A stretch of 63,598 bases of DNA, the filler included, from Octopus bimaculoides (lineage: Eukaryota): assembly GCF_001194135.2 (NCBI RefSeq). It is 4 parts of 4 records of this genome, joined end to end, with 100 filler letters (N's around TTAATTAATTAA, not from the genome) between each part and the next. Parts side by side here need not be neighbours in the genome. Positions count along the whole stretch, not along the records: positions 1 to 21,441 come from NC_068983.1; 3 more parts are not named here. One strand, 5' to 3'. Position 1 is the first letter of the stretch. The number at the start of each line of letters is the position of its first letter. Below, one piece after another: positions 1 through 11,003 of this stretch. The notes beneath the pieces are model-generated. The model saw only the letters and a list, made by a program, of their open reading frames with translations. It searched no databases and had not been told where the DNA came from. The position numbers were made by a program, and so were the translations under genes.

Positions 1-2229
1 TATATATATGTATATGATATGATGTCTATTACCACTTTAATTTTGTACAAATTTAATTTATTTTCTAATTGCGATATATGAGCGTTAGCAAAAAACTTTT
101 TTTCCATGCTCATTGTTGCGAAGCATGAACGTACATTTAGCAAACGAACATGCATTCATTGCATTTCTCGTTGGTATTTGTAAAGGCATAAGTATTTACA
201 GGATATTTACTTGCTGCTGTAAATATTCATGTATAGAATTTATCCATTAAAGACAGAGTTACGGGTACGAGGGTTGCATATATGGCTAAAATATTCATGA
301 TTTTCTATACAACATCAAATTGGAAACGTGACATACACATTTGTGTAAAGATTTACAGTATTTTCCATTTATTCCTTTCTTTTTTTATATAACCTATGGT
401 AGGTTATATTAAAAAAAACCTCTCCAGAGTTTCTTCTCAATCCAATTAGCATTTTCTAAATAAAATGCTATAAGTAGTCAAAACCCAGCTGTGAAAATTC
501 ATGTCAGCTGATAAAGAATACCTCTGTCAATGCTGTGCATGATTCTTGGTTATTAATCTAAAATTCAAGAAGTATCTTCCAAAATAATTAAGTAAAATAT
601 ATTTATAATGATATTCTTACAAATCTGAGAGTATATGCTGTTATGATAATGATCAATGTCATGTCGATATCGCGTTGGTAGTAACAAATAAAATCGTAAC
701 ATTCACCAGAATCTCCAACTATTTAAAGCGTGATGTGCTCATGATATAGTAATGTACCTTTTGTGAGGATATGTTATAAGGAGATGTATTTTCATTCGAA
801 TGTCTGCCGTGTAATTTTCTGTGTGTATAGAAACAGGTATAGACAGGAAAAATATTTCGTTATACAATTTATGTATGCATCTTGATTCAGAAAAATTAGG
901 AAAAAATATAACATTCGTGATGTTTCAAAAGCTTGTGTCAAATTAGCATGCATCATATTTTCTCGGATACATCTTACATTACATATATCGTAAACCAACA
1001 TGAAACATTAGATAAACTCTATTACTTGGTTTAGACAACTTAAACAAGACTTAAACTGCATTATGAATATGACCGTAGACGAAACTTTAGGTACAGCGTG
1101 AGTAAAAATAGGTGTAGCTATACAAATTATGTTTAAAGATCGTTATATACTAAAAATATTAGAAGGAAAATATATTGAGATTCTTATATATTAAATCGTT
1201 TATTTTCTGTTCAGAAAAGCCATTATTTGAAATTATATTGAAATTAAACCTCACAGAAATGATAAATTATTTTAGAAATCTCGTTAACACGGAATTAAAT
1301 GTATAAAAGATTTAGATTGAAAATGAATTAAAACACCATTTCACCACTCTAACGTAATCTAATTGTAATTATACGAAATTATATACTTCAGTGTAGCTAA
1401 ATATTTCTATACGATATTACTTATGTCTAATATATTATTATTCCATTAAATATGTGGGTGTAACGGATGACGCGCTTATTAAATTGAATGAGAAAAACAT
1501 ATTAAAATATAACCCAGAACTCAGAATGTGAGAAGCGTATCAGCTTCATCTGGTAATTGAATATTCTTTTGAAAGTAGAAAATTTGATATAATCGGAAAC
1601 GCCTTATGTTATTTTAATACGAGTATTGTTAACAACTCGGCAATAAAGCCATTTCCCTCTACTGGGTAAAAATACATTAGCATATGATTTAATGATGAAT
1701 TGACTGAATATTAATTTGAGATGTGTGATATGTTCTTTATTTTTCTATTATTTTTATTTCCTTTTATAACAGAATTATTTGATTTCACGTCAGCTGTTAC
1801 ACGGGGTAAAAAAGGTATTATTCCTTGTATCTTAATTTTAGTATTTTATCGTCAACGCCTAAGACCAATGTTTTCTTTTATATTTTCTTTCATTTATATA
1901 TGCAAATTTTGCTCTTCTTTCATCTCGCTAAGGAACACACTGTATCGGTTTTCGATACATTAACGTTCCATTCCTCCACATGATTTCACCAAGAAAATTT
2001 TAATATAACTGGCATTTTGATTTTAAAATAATAAATCACATAATTTGCATTTAAAATTTTTAGAAGACGCGAATTTTAATAAAATACTATGTTTTCATTT
2101 ACAGATTGATAGTTAATGTGACAGGCATCTTATTAATAAGATGTCGTTTATTTAATAATCTCAAGTTGCCATCATGATAAATGTCGACTACCGTGTTGAA
2201 TATCTATTGATACATTATAACTTTGACAA

Positions 2230-3390
2230 ATATTCCAGAGGAAGTGGTATAAGTCACGGCAATTTTAAAATTTATCATTAAACAATTATTGTTGTATCAC
2301 ATTTCTCATTTTTTTTTTGTTATGTAGGAGAGAAGAGAGTAGGAAGGAGAAAAATGTAAAGAAACCTTAGATAAATCGATTTTAGAAACGATTATGAATA
2401 ACGTATTGAACATGACTAAGTTATCGTTTCTATTTTATAACCAATACAAAGAAAAAAAAACAGAATAAATAACTTCTCGGAAAATGTGAGCTGGTGCATG
2501 TTTCATATATATTTGAATTAAACAATTCCATGATTATAAATATTATAATAAACTTTTCATAGATTTTATGTCTCAATCCTTTTGGTGCAGAGAGCGTACA
2601 TGCACCAACATCTAAGCCCATTCGATTACTGTTATAATCGTGTAGTAGTTTGAATACAGATTTCTTAAAAATTTCTTCTATACTGTTTTGAGCTATGTAT
2701 TGATATATCGACGCTAATATAAAAATCATTTTAACATAGTAAAAATATCTGCTTTTACTTGCCCTAGATTTTATGAATTAGATTAATAAAGCCGGCATCA
2801 TGACTTGTTTTTTCATCTCTTCCCGTTAATGAACGTGTGTATATAATGTGACAAATTCTAGTACAAGCAACATATCGAAGATCAATTGTATCATATTTGT
2901 ATACTTCAATTAAACTCCATGGAACATCTCCGTTGTCTTCAAGTCGATTCCTTCCTCTGAAATTCAAACAAATGTGAGAACGTCATTTATTTAATTTAAC
3001 TGCTTATTGGAATGAGTGAAACACTTCCCAGACTTTATAGGGGCATGAAACAGACACACAACTATTTCTTCAATTCATACTTAATTTTCATTAGACAGGA
3101 ACTAAAATTTTCGAAAGAGCAAACTTAGAAAGAAATATTCATAAACAGGTGTGTTGGTCGTGACTAGAATGTCAGATGACTGTTCAATCAATATACAAAT
3201 ATACAATTTTAAAAACTGATTGTTGCTCAAATTTTAAGTTTCTATTTAAGGCTCTATAATTCTAAAACGAACAAGAACAATTTGTTTTAGTATGCAACTA
3301 CAAAACAACAATTTTATGTCGCCTGCTTAAGATGCATGAGATTCAAAATTTTACCATATCATTCATTCGTCTTCGCATTCACAGATATAT
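2230..3390 (-). mobile_element. Decayed piggyBac-like transposase remnant
   Basis: Broken minus-strand frames give 'HDYNSNRMGLDVG...KIYEKFIIIF' (cf. piggyBac YN..KGGVD..DQ...W.KK.F), 'MNFRGR...ICHIIYT' (cf. F.GR...Y.....YTG) and a C-terminal 'CRDLYH' (cf. Cys-rich CF..YH). Many stops and frameshifts; no TIRs found. Family call is by recalled motif similarity. Confidence 0.55.
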
Positions 3391-3435
3391 ATATATATAT
3401 CTGTAAATAAGATGTGAAAATTATTCGGTAGCCAT

Positions 3436-3496
3436 GATAAAACTCCGCGTTTCGGATGTCGGGGCGGACAACCACACTGCCAACTCTTCGGTTATC
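3436..3496 (-). ncRNA. Degenerate hammerhead-like motif in the left arm
   Basis: Minus strand reads GAUAA-CCGAAGA-GUUGG...CCGAC-AUCC-GAAAC-GCGG-AGU-U-UUAUC. Stem I is a perfect 5 bp, but the core has U4>C and stem III is disrupted. Confidence 0.3.
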
Positions 3497-3659
3497 TGGC
3501 CATAAAAAAACGCTATAAAAATGACCATTAAACAAAGGGAAATTACTGTGTGGTTAACCGTTATTAAGACAAAAGAGTTATTGGAATGACCGCTAAGAGG
3601 AGGGAGTGTAGGTAAAGGAGCAAAATCTCTATAATATTCGCGTAAGCACACCAGTCCAA

Positions 3660-3960
3660 CATACACATGCGCGCTCGCACACCCACATACATGCACATAT
3701 ATGTATATACTCATCCACCGTCACTTGAAACACACACATGTTCACCCACACATTCACCAAAAAAGATATACATACCCGCATACACGCTTGCACACACATA
3801 CACACGCGTGCAAAAAAGGTTCATACACACGTCTATATACGCACATTTTCACATGCACGCATACACACACACGTCTATATATGCCCGTACCCGAACACAC
3901 GCACAAATGTAAAAGCGCGCACAAAAGGTTGCATGTACACGTCTATATCCGCACAGAAAA
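3660..3960. repeat. Degenerate CA/CATA-rich simple-repeat tract
   Basis: Interrupted (CA)n/(CATA)n. It explains the H/T-rich pseudo-ORFs 3667-4016. Confidence 0.8.
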
Positions 3961-4318
3961 AATGCAGGGTGGAAGGTAGATACATAAAAATTACGTGTAA
4001 AAAATATGAGCGATAAACCTATAAAACAAATTATTAAAAAATATGGAAGAAATGTAAGTAAACTGTATAGAGAGATAAAAAGCTTGTACATAGTCACAAT
4101 ATAGAAAGCAAGTCCTATCTGTAATCTCGTTGGGGGACCAAAAACATATTTCTGTATGTATGGAGTGATGCGCTTACGCGAATACTATAGGCATTTTTAC
4201 TCCCTTACCTTTACTCCTTTCCCTCACTTCTAATAGCTCCTTGGTCTTAATAACGGTCAACCCCACAGTAATTTCCCTTTGTTTAACGGTCAATCTCTTA
4301 GCATTTTTTCGTTGGCCA

Positions 4319-4379
4319 GATGACTGAAGAGATGGCGGCGTAGGTTTCCACCCCAACATCCGAAACTCGGAGTTTTATC
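4319..4379 (+). ncRNA. Hammerhead-like motif (type I, non-canonical stem II junction) in the right arm
   Basis: Stem I GAUGA(4319-4323)/UUAUC(4375-4379); core CUGAAGA(4324-4330); GAAA(4362-4365); near-palindromic stem III ACUC-G-GAGU; GUU site ending at 4374. Stem II does not dock canonically because of extra nucleotides before GAAA. Confidence 0.4.
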
Positions 4380-4479
4380 AAGGCTAGTTAAAAATTGTCA
4401 CGTATTATTTACAAATCAATTCCTCTATTTACATAATATCGAGGTCACATTCGTGCTTTTGCTGTCTTACACACAGACA

Positions 4480-4520
<41 letters not shown>

Positions 4521-4530
4521 NNNNNNNNNN

Positions 4531-4578
<48 letters not shown>

Positions 4579-5159
4579 GTTTGGTGTACCATAACACGCC
4601 CTCTAAATATGCATTGTTTGTGCCGAAATCGTTTTCATCATAAAAAATGATGATACCAAGGATCCAATTAATGATGAGTTGCGCAAACTTCAGATACGAA
4701 GTAAAATTTAGGTCTGATTAGATTTGAGAAGAACGGTATTTAATCACGAGGGTTATTGTCTGGTGAGAATTCAGTATAAGAGTAAGATTTAAACATCTTC
4801 GTATTCTGATATTAGTAATCCGTGATATTTGTTCCAAACAATGTTTGCCTCATTATACTATGTCTGCATACTAGCTTTGACACGTTGAAATGCATCCGAA
4901 TGCTACACTCCACCTACTTAAGCAGTTTCTGGTATATTTCACATGACATCCACATAATTTCCAGGAGCCAGGATGAAGATCACAATCACTGCATTTTGTT
5001 CAATACAGCGAATGTACTTCCCTTAGAGCTGCACTTATTTTAACACGTGTTACATCATTTCATATAAGCCATAAAATTGTACCTAGCCTATAATATTCAA
5101 AAGAAAATCCAAAGAACTGGATTTCATAAACATGTTCTAATAATGATTTCTGATAAGTG

Positions 5160-5360
5160 CACAAGGTTAACGATTTTGCAGAGAGGGTACGGGATAATCG
5201 ATAGAATGAATCTCAGTACTTCAATACTTGGATTGTAGATTATTTTGTCACCCATGAAAAGATGAAAGACAAATTTGCCATCGGTCGAATTTCAACTCAA
5301 GACTTCAAAATAATGCAACAAATAGTTCCAGAACCTCTAACGATTCTACCACGGCAGCGC
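5160..5360 (-). mobile_element. Old degenerate SINE family A copy
   Basis: Residual 'aaaagatgaaagacaaa...gaatttcaactca...ctaacgattctacca' matches the reverse complement of the family A head and body. Confidence 0.35.
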
Positions 5361-7374
5361 TTTGATGATATGTTCTAACAGTATTAAAAACATCACGAGA
5401 AAACCAAAACAAAATAATAGAATCTACACCTCCAGTAAGGAGAATATTAATGAACATCTGCGTGGTAGCTAAATATATACGATATATAAACCAAGATACA
5501 ACAATTGGAAATGTTGTAAAGTAACACATTGGCAACACCTGCAAAAGAATGGCATATGCAATATATGGAATAACATGCTGACACTTTATTGGAACATATA
5601 AAAATAAGCTAATTCATTATATCGCTGAACACACCCGTTATTGTTTACAAGCAATAAGGGCAATAAAATATTAGGAAAGAAATAATCAATGGTAACGGGT
5701 ATAGAGTATCGGAATATACATATATATAAACGTACAAAAATTGTTTTTATTATTATTATATATATATATATATATATATATATNNNNNNNNNNNNNNNNN
5801 NNNNNNNNNNNNNNNNNNNNNNNNNNNNNNNNNNNNNNNNNNNNNNNNNNNNNNNNNNNNNNNNNNNNNNNNNNNNNNNNNNNNNNNNNNNNNNNNNNNN
5901 NNNNNNNNNNNNNNNNNNNNNNNNNNNNNNNNNNNNNNNNNNNNNNNNNNNNNNNNNNNNNNNNNNNNNNNNNNNNNNNNNNNNNNNNNNNNNNNNNNNN
6001 NNNNNNNNNNNNNNNNNNNNNNATATATATATATGTATAATATACATATGTCTATATATACACACGCACACACAAATACATAGATATATCAACGCAACTT
6101 TACCAGAGCTGTTTCGTTAGCATTTTATTGATGCATTTCATGGATTACATAATAGCATACGTCCACTGTGTATTTCTGTATATATCTTTCTGTGCTTTTT
6201 TTATGTAAACATACATATCAATGTGTATGTATGACTGAGTTATACATATATATGTTTGTATATGGTGTACTATTCCGTGATGATGAGATTAACAAAAATG
6301 TACACCAACTCGTGAGGGATAAATAATACTTAATAAACATAATATATGTTGTTACGTGCTACGATGAATTCCACGCAATGTAAGTATGTCACGCTGTATT
6401 CTTTAAACACATCTGGTGTCCCAGCGCAATCTTCAGGCACGGCGCACATCGCTTAACAAGCTATTATAGCACGATAAGTTAGAATAAAAGGCGAGAAGAG
6501 TCAAGAATGAAGTAGATATTAAAAGTTGGAAAATTGAAAAGCCGGAAAGCGAAGAAGAAAACAGAAATATGCAAAAAGTCAGGGATAGAGTTATTCGCCC
6601 TTAGACTGTGAAATATAAGGGTGAAAAAATAATGACCTAGAGTCTGCCGTACAGCTAACCAAACCAGAGAGAATCGTAGTTTCCAATTCGTGAAGAGTAA
6701 CTTGGGCATATCCTTACAACCACTGAAAACCTCGCATGTAGAATTCAACAGTATTTCAGATTTCTTATATCTGAAAAGCTTATATATNNNNNNNNNNNNN
6801 NNNNNNNNNNNNNNNNNNNNNNNNNNNNNNNNNNNNNNNNNNNNNNNNNNNNNNNNNNNNNNNNNNNNNNNNNNNNNNNNNNNNNNNNNNNNNNNNNNNN
6901 NNNNNNNNNNNNNNNNNNNNNNNNNNNNNNNNNNNNNNNNNNNNNNNNNNNNNNNNNNNNNNNNNNNNNNNNNNNNNNNNNNNNNNNNNNNNNNNNNNNN
7001 NNNNNNNNNNNNNNNNNNNNNNNNNNNNNNNNNNNNNNNNNNNNNNNNNNNNNNNNNNNNNNNNNNNNNNNNNNNNNNNNNNNNNNNNNNNNNNNNNNNN
7101 NNNNNNNNNNNNNNNNNNNNNNNNNNNNNNNNNNNNNNNNNNNNNNNNNNNNNNNNNNNNNNNNNNNNNNNNNNNNNNNNNNNNNNNNNNNNNNNNNNNN
7201 NNNNNNNNNNNNNNNNNNNNNNNNNNNNNNNNNNNNNNNNNNNNNNNNNNNNNNNNNNNNNNNNNNNNNNNNNNNNNNNNNNNNNNNNNNNNNNNNNNNN
7301 NNNNNNNNNNNNNNNNNNNNNNNNNNNNNNNNNNNNNNNNNNNNNNNNNNTATATATATATATATATATATATA

Positions 7375-8593
7375 TGGGGTGCGTAACATATTTGAGGACA
7401 GATTTATGTTTAGAGAAACACAGATATATATTAACAAATAATAACGTTATTTATCAAGACTACTATGAGGATAAAAATAAACGTTTTCTATAATGTTATT
7501 CAATAAAGCCACCTTCAACTTCAACAACTGCTCCTGTATGAGATCTAAATCATCTACTTACTCGAATAATGTGGTCCTGGTTCATTTTTGACATTACACT
7601 GACTAGTGCAGGTTTCAAAGTATCTGTGGTGTTATGGGCGTGTTCATTGACCTCGCACTCAACGCCGCTCCACATGTAATAGTCAAATACATTGATACCT
7701 GGGGAATAGGGGAGGCCAAATGTTAGTGGTCATGTGACCACGAAAATTTTCAGTTATCTATTCCTGTTATTCTAGAGACATGTCTGATAGTGCAGAGTCT
7801 TACTGAAGCACATATGGCCTTCTATTGCATATACGGTCTATCCAGGGCTTAAAAATTTTTTTCGGGATCTCGGTGTAGGCGGCAGAGTTAACTTCGAGGT
7901 CTTGTGGAAAGAAGTAAGCAGCCATCACATGTCCTTCATTGCTGACAACCCCTAAAACCATGTCAGTTGCAGGAAATTTTATATGCATAAATCTGCACAT
8001 AACCTTCTCTCATTTCTTCTGTTAAATTTTTGATCTTCGTCGAACTTGTTCTAGTTTGCGAAAAACGGAATCAAATCTTCTGCTGGATTTTCAGTTTGCT
8101 TAAGAGCCTTTTAGATCTCATCTTGTGATGAAATTGACCTTTCCTCATGATATAAGACTTATATTTAATGTCTTCGTGGACAATATTTCTGACTGTTGCT
8201 TCTGCTACATGGAGATCATTTGTATTTGATCTCATGAACTTTCAGGGATTGTAATCAATGGTCTATTGAACTTGCTGGATAAATGCAGGTGTTCTGATTG
8301 TTTCAGAGCGTTTAGAATGATTTTTCGGCTTTGACAGTGATGACCTGTTTCCATCTGCAGTATCTGACTTCTTACAAACTGTGTAGACCAAAGATATGGC
8401 AACTTTTAAACATCGAGATATTTCTAAATCGTTATGATCAGCCTTTATAACCACAATACCAGAATGCCTCTTCATTTATTTGGCAAGCTGAAAGTCTGCC
8501 GTAATTATTTTAAGAAAGTAAGATTATATAGAGTTAGCAAAAATGCAGCAATGACTAAAAAAATGTATGTCCTCAAATAACTTACGCATCCAG
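7375..8593 (-). mobile_element. Tc1/mariner (maT, DD37D-like) transposon with both TIRs and a decayed transposase
   Basis: Left TIR TGGGGTGCGTAACATATTTGAGGACAGA vs right TIR (revcomp) CTGGATGCGTAAGTTATTTGAGGACATA, 22/28 identical, flanked by TA. Minus-strand fragments: 'KFPATDMVLGVVSNEGHVM...VNSAAY...KPWIDRICNRRPYVLQ', 'NIWPP...FDYYMW' (WPPxSPDL region) and an N-terminal HTH-like segment at 8263-8475. Confidence 0.85.
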
Positions 8594-8697
8594 TATATAT
8601 ATATATAGAAATAATGATGATAATAATCTATGGATAGAATTTATAAATACTTTATTGCATCTCTACGCTGGTTTGCATTTGTCACTGTGCGTCTGTA

Positions 8698-8785
<88 letters not shown>

Positions 8786-8935
8786 CACCCGATATATCGT
8801 ATCCATACATTATTCACAAATTCCATCCGTAGATAATTATTATTATTACTACATTTATCTTAAATTATATCGGCACAGGTAGGTACAGCCCCATAAAACT
8901 GATATTCCAGGGTAGTATCATATATATATTATGTC

Positions 8936-8987
<52 letters not shown>

Positions 8988-9020
8988 TGTGTGTGTGAGT
9001 GTGTGTGTATCTGTGTGTGT
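8698..9020. repeat. (TA)n(TG)n microsatellites
   Basis: Pure runs at about 8698-8783 and 8937-9020. Confidence 0.95.
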
Positions 9021-9163
9021 AAATATATAAGTATGATTGACGAGTTAAGAAATAATTAAGACTCGATTGAATTAGGTACTTATTTTAAGGCACAAAGTCA
9101 GCCTGGTATTATCCGCACCGCTCAATGTAAGGTGAATGAAAGCAAGTAAGAATGATGTTAAGG

Positions 9164-9404
9164 TATTAGTGAATTACGTCCGGTTCAGGCGGCTCCATTT
9201 AATTGAGCAATGAAGGAATTACATCAGTTTCAAAATACCGCCATCTTTGGATGTTGAATATAGATTTTCAGCATACAAGACAATGGAATGTTCTGTATGT
9301 CCTGTATAGTATGTAACCGAAGATGGCGGTGTTTTTCAATCTGATGTAATGTTTGGATTGTTCAAGTAAAAGGGTCCGCCTGAAACGGTTGTAATCCACC
9401 TATA
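9164..9404. mobile_element. Palindromic foldback element (MITE-like, ~240 bp)
   Basis: The arms pair over about 85 nt: agtgaattac/gtaatccacc, ccggttcaggcgg/ccgcctgaaacgg, ttacatcagtttcaaaataccgccatctttgg/ccgaagatggcggtgtttttcaatctgatgtaa. Spacer is about 65 nt; the right end abuts a gap. Confidence 0.75.
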
Positions 9405-10610
9405 NNNNNNNNNNNNNNNNNNNNNNNNNNNNNNNNNNNNNNNNNNNNNNNNNNNNNNNNNNNNNNNNNNNNNNNNNNNNNNNNNNNNNNNNNNNNNNNN
9501 NNNNNNNNNNNNNNNNNNNNNNNNNNNNNNNNNNNNNNNNNNNNNNNNNNNNNNNNNNNNNNNNNNNNNNNNNNNNNNNNNNNNNNNNNNNNNNNNNNNN
9601 NNNNNNNNNNNNNNNNNNNNNNNNNNNNNNNNNNNNNNNNNNNNNNNNNNNNNNNNNNNNNNNNNNNNNNNNNNNNNNNNNNNNNNNNNNNNNNNNNNNN
9701 NNNNNNNNNNNNNNNNNNNNNNNNNNNNNNNNNNNNNNNNNNNNNNNNNNNNNNNNNNNNNNNNNNNNNNNNNNNNNNNNNNNNNNNNNNNNNNNNNNNN
9801 NNNNNNNNNNNNNNNNNNNNNNNNNNNNNNNNNNNNNNNNNNNNNNNTGTGTGTGTGTGTGTGTGTGTGTGTGTACGCCTGTAAGTTCGTATATATGTGT
9901 ATGCTTATGTGTTTAAATGGGTACACACATATATGAGTATGCGTGTATGTGTATATATGCATACGTCTGTGTGAATGTTTAATGTTTATATTTCTCTGAA
10001 GTTTAATTACAACTTTGACACTAACACGTTAGGCAGTATTTCATGTAGATCAAGAGATTCACACCAGACTGTAAGATTCATGACAGATGTCGACGTGATC
10101 AGACATACGGGGTTAGTTCAGTTGTCTACAAATCCGAAATTACCAGCGTTCCCTGAGATAAGAGGACCCAAAATAATTGAATATATCGGCTTTAGTAAAG
10201 TTGACTTCATCCATTAATCATCTTTAGAGACACTGTCAAAAAGATTAAAAGTATAAAATTTCGAAGCCGCGTCTGTATTCTGAAGGACAATGGTATGCCA
10301 TGTACCGCTACATGATGAAAGATCAAAGACACACTTGCCCAAAATGGCACGTCTCTACAATCAAGTGGTGAGCATATAGAAAAAAACACTGCAGATGAGA
10401 CACATGTTAACCGTTTTCTTTTTCAAATAACCGTGGAAGTAATAGCTTTTGACATTTTCGTGATACCACAAAGATGTAGACTCAAAATTGGCGTATATTT
10501 AGCATCAGCAATATTCATCCATTAAATGTAGGACACTTATATAAACCCAACGCTCATATACTTTTGAAAGAAAAATATCTCCATTTCACTTAGAATATGC
10601 CCTTGCGTAT

Positions 10611-10744
10611 CACCACGTTTATTCTGGAATATTTCCTTAGAATAATAATGATACAAAAGCCACAGTGTTTCCTGTACCACCAAGTTTATTCTGGTATATT
10701 TCCTTAAGTTAATTATGATACATGAGACACAGTGATTCCTGTAC
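10611..10744. repeat. 67-bp tandem duplication
   Basis: 10611-10677 vs 10678-10744: 57/67 identical, no indels. Confidence 0.9.
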
Positions 10745-10948
10745 TGTACACGATGTGCCCAATATGACCGTGGAACAATGTGTAAGTTTTCGACTATGAA
10801 ATTTACCGGTAGCTCAACCATAATTTTAGTGTAAATGTCTACGCGTGCGTCAGTTTGTAAGTAATATAGACATACACAATCTCCACACTCATACACATAT
10901 ACATGTATACATATATGTGCGTATATATGTATTTATATTTATACATAC

Positions 10949-11003
<55 letters not shown>

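Larger units (their letters stand above)
3399..4416. mobile_element. Inverted pair of ~265-bp repeats (3399-3665 and 4150-4416) around a CA-rich spacer; Penelope pLTR-like or foldback element
   Basis: The reverse complement of 4150-4416 aligns end to end with 3399-3665 (e.g. gataaaactccg.gtttcggatgt.gggg, aaacaaagggaaattactgtg, tattcgcgtaagc) at roughly 75-80% identity by eye. The outermost 35 nt match at 27/35. Confidence 0.85.

Noticed and set aside
10733-10781. WSC-domain call from 'NMTVEQC'
   Set aside because: It is only a 7-residue resemblance; the other WSC cysteines and the YAG motif were not found in neighbouring candidate exons.
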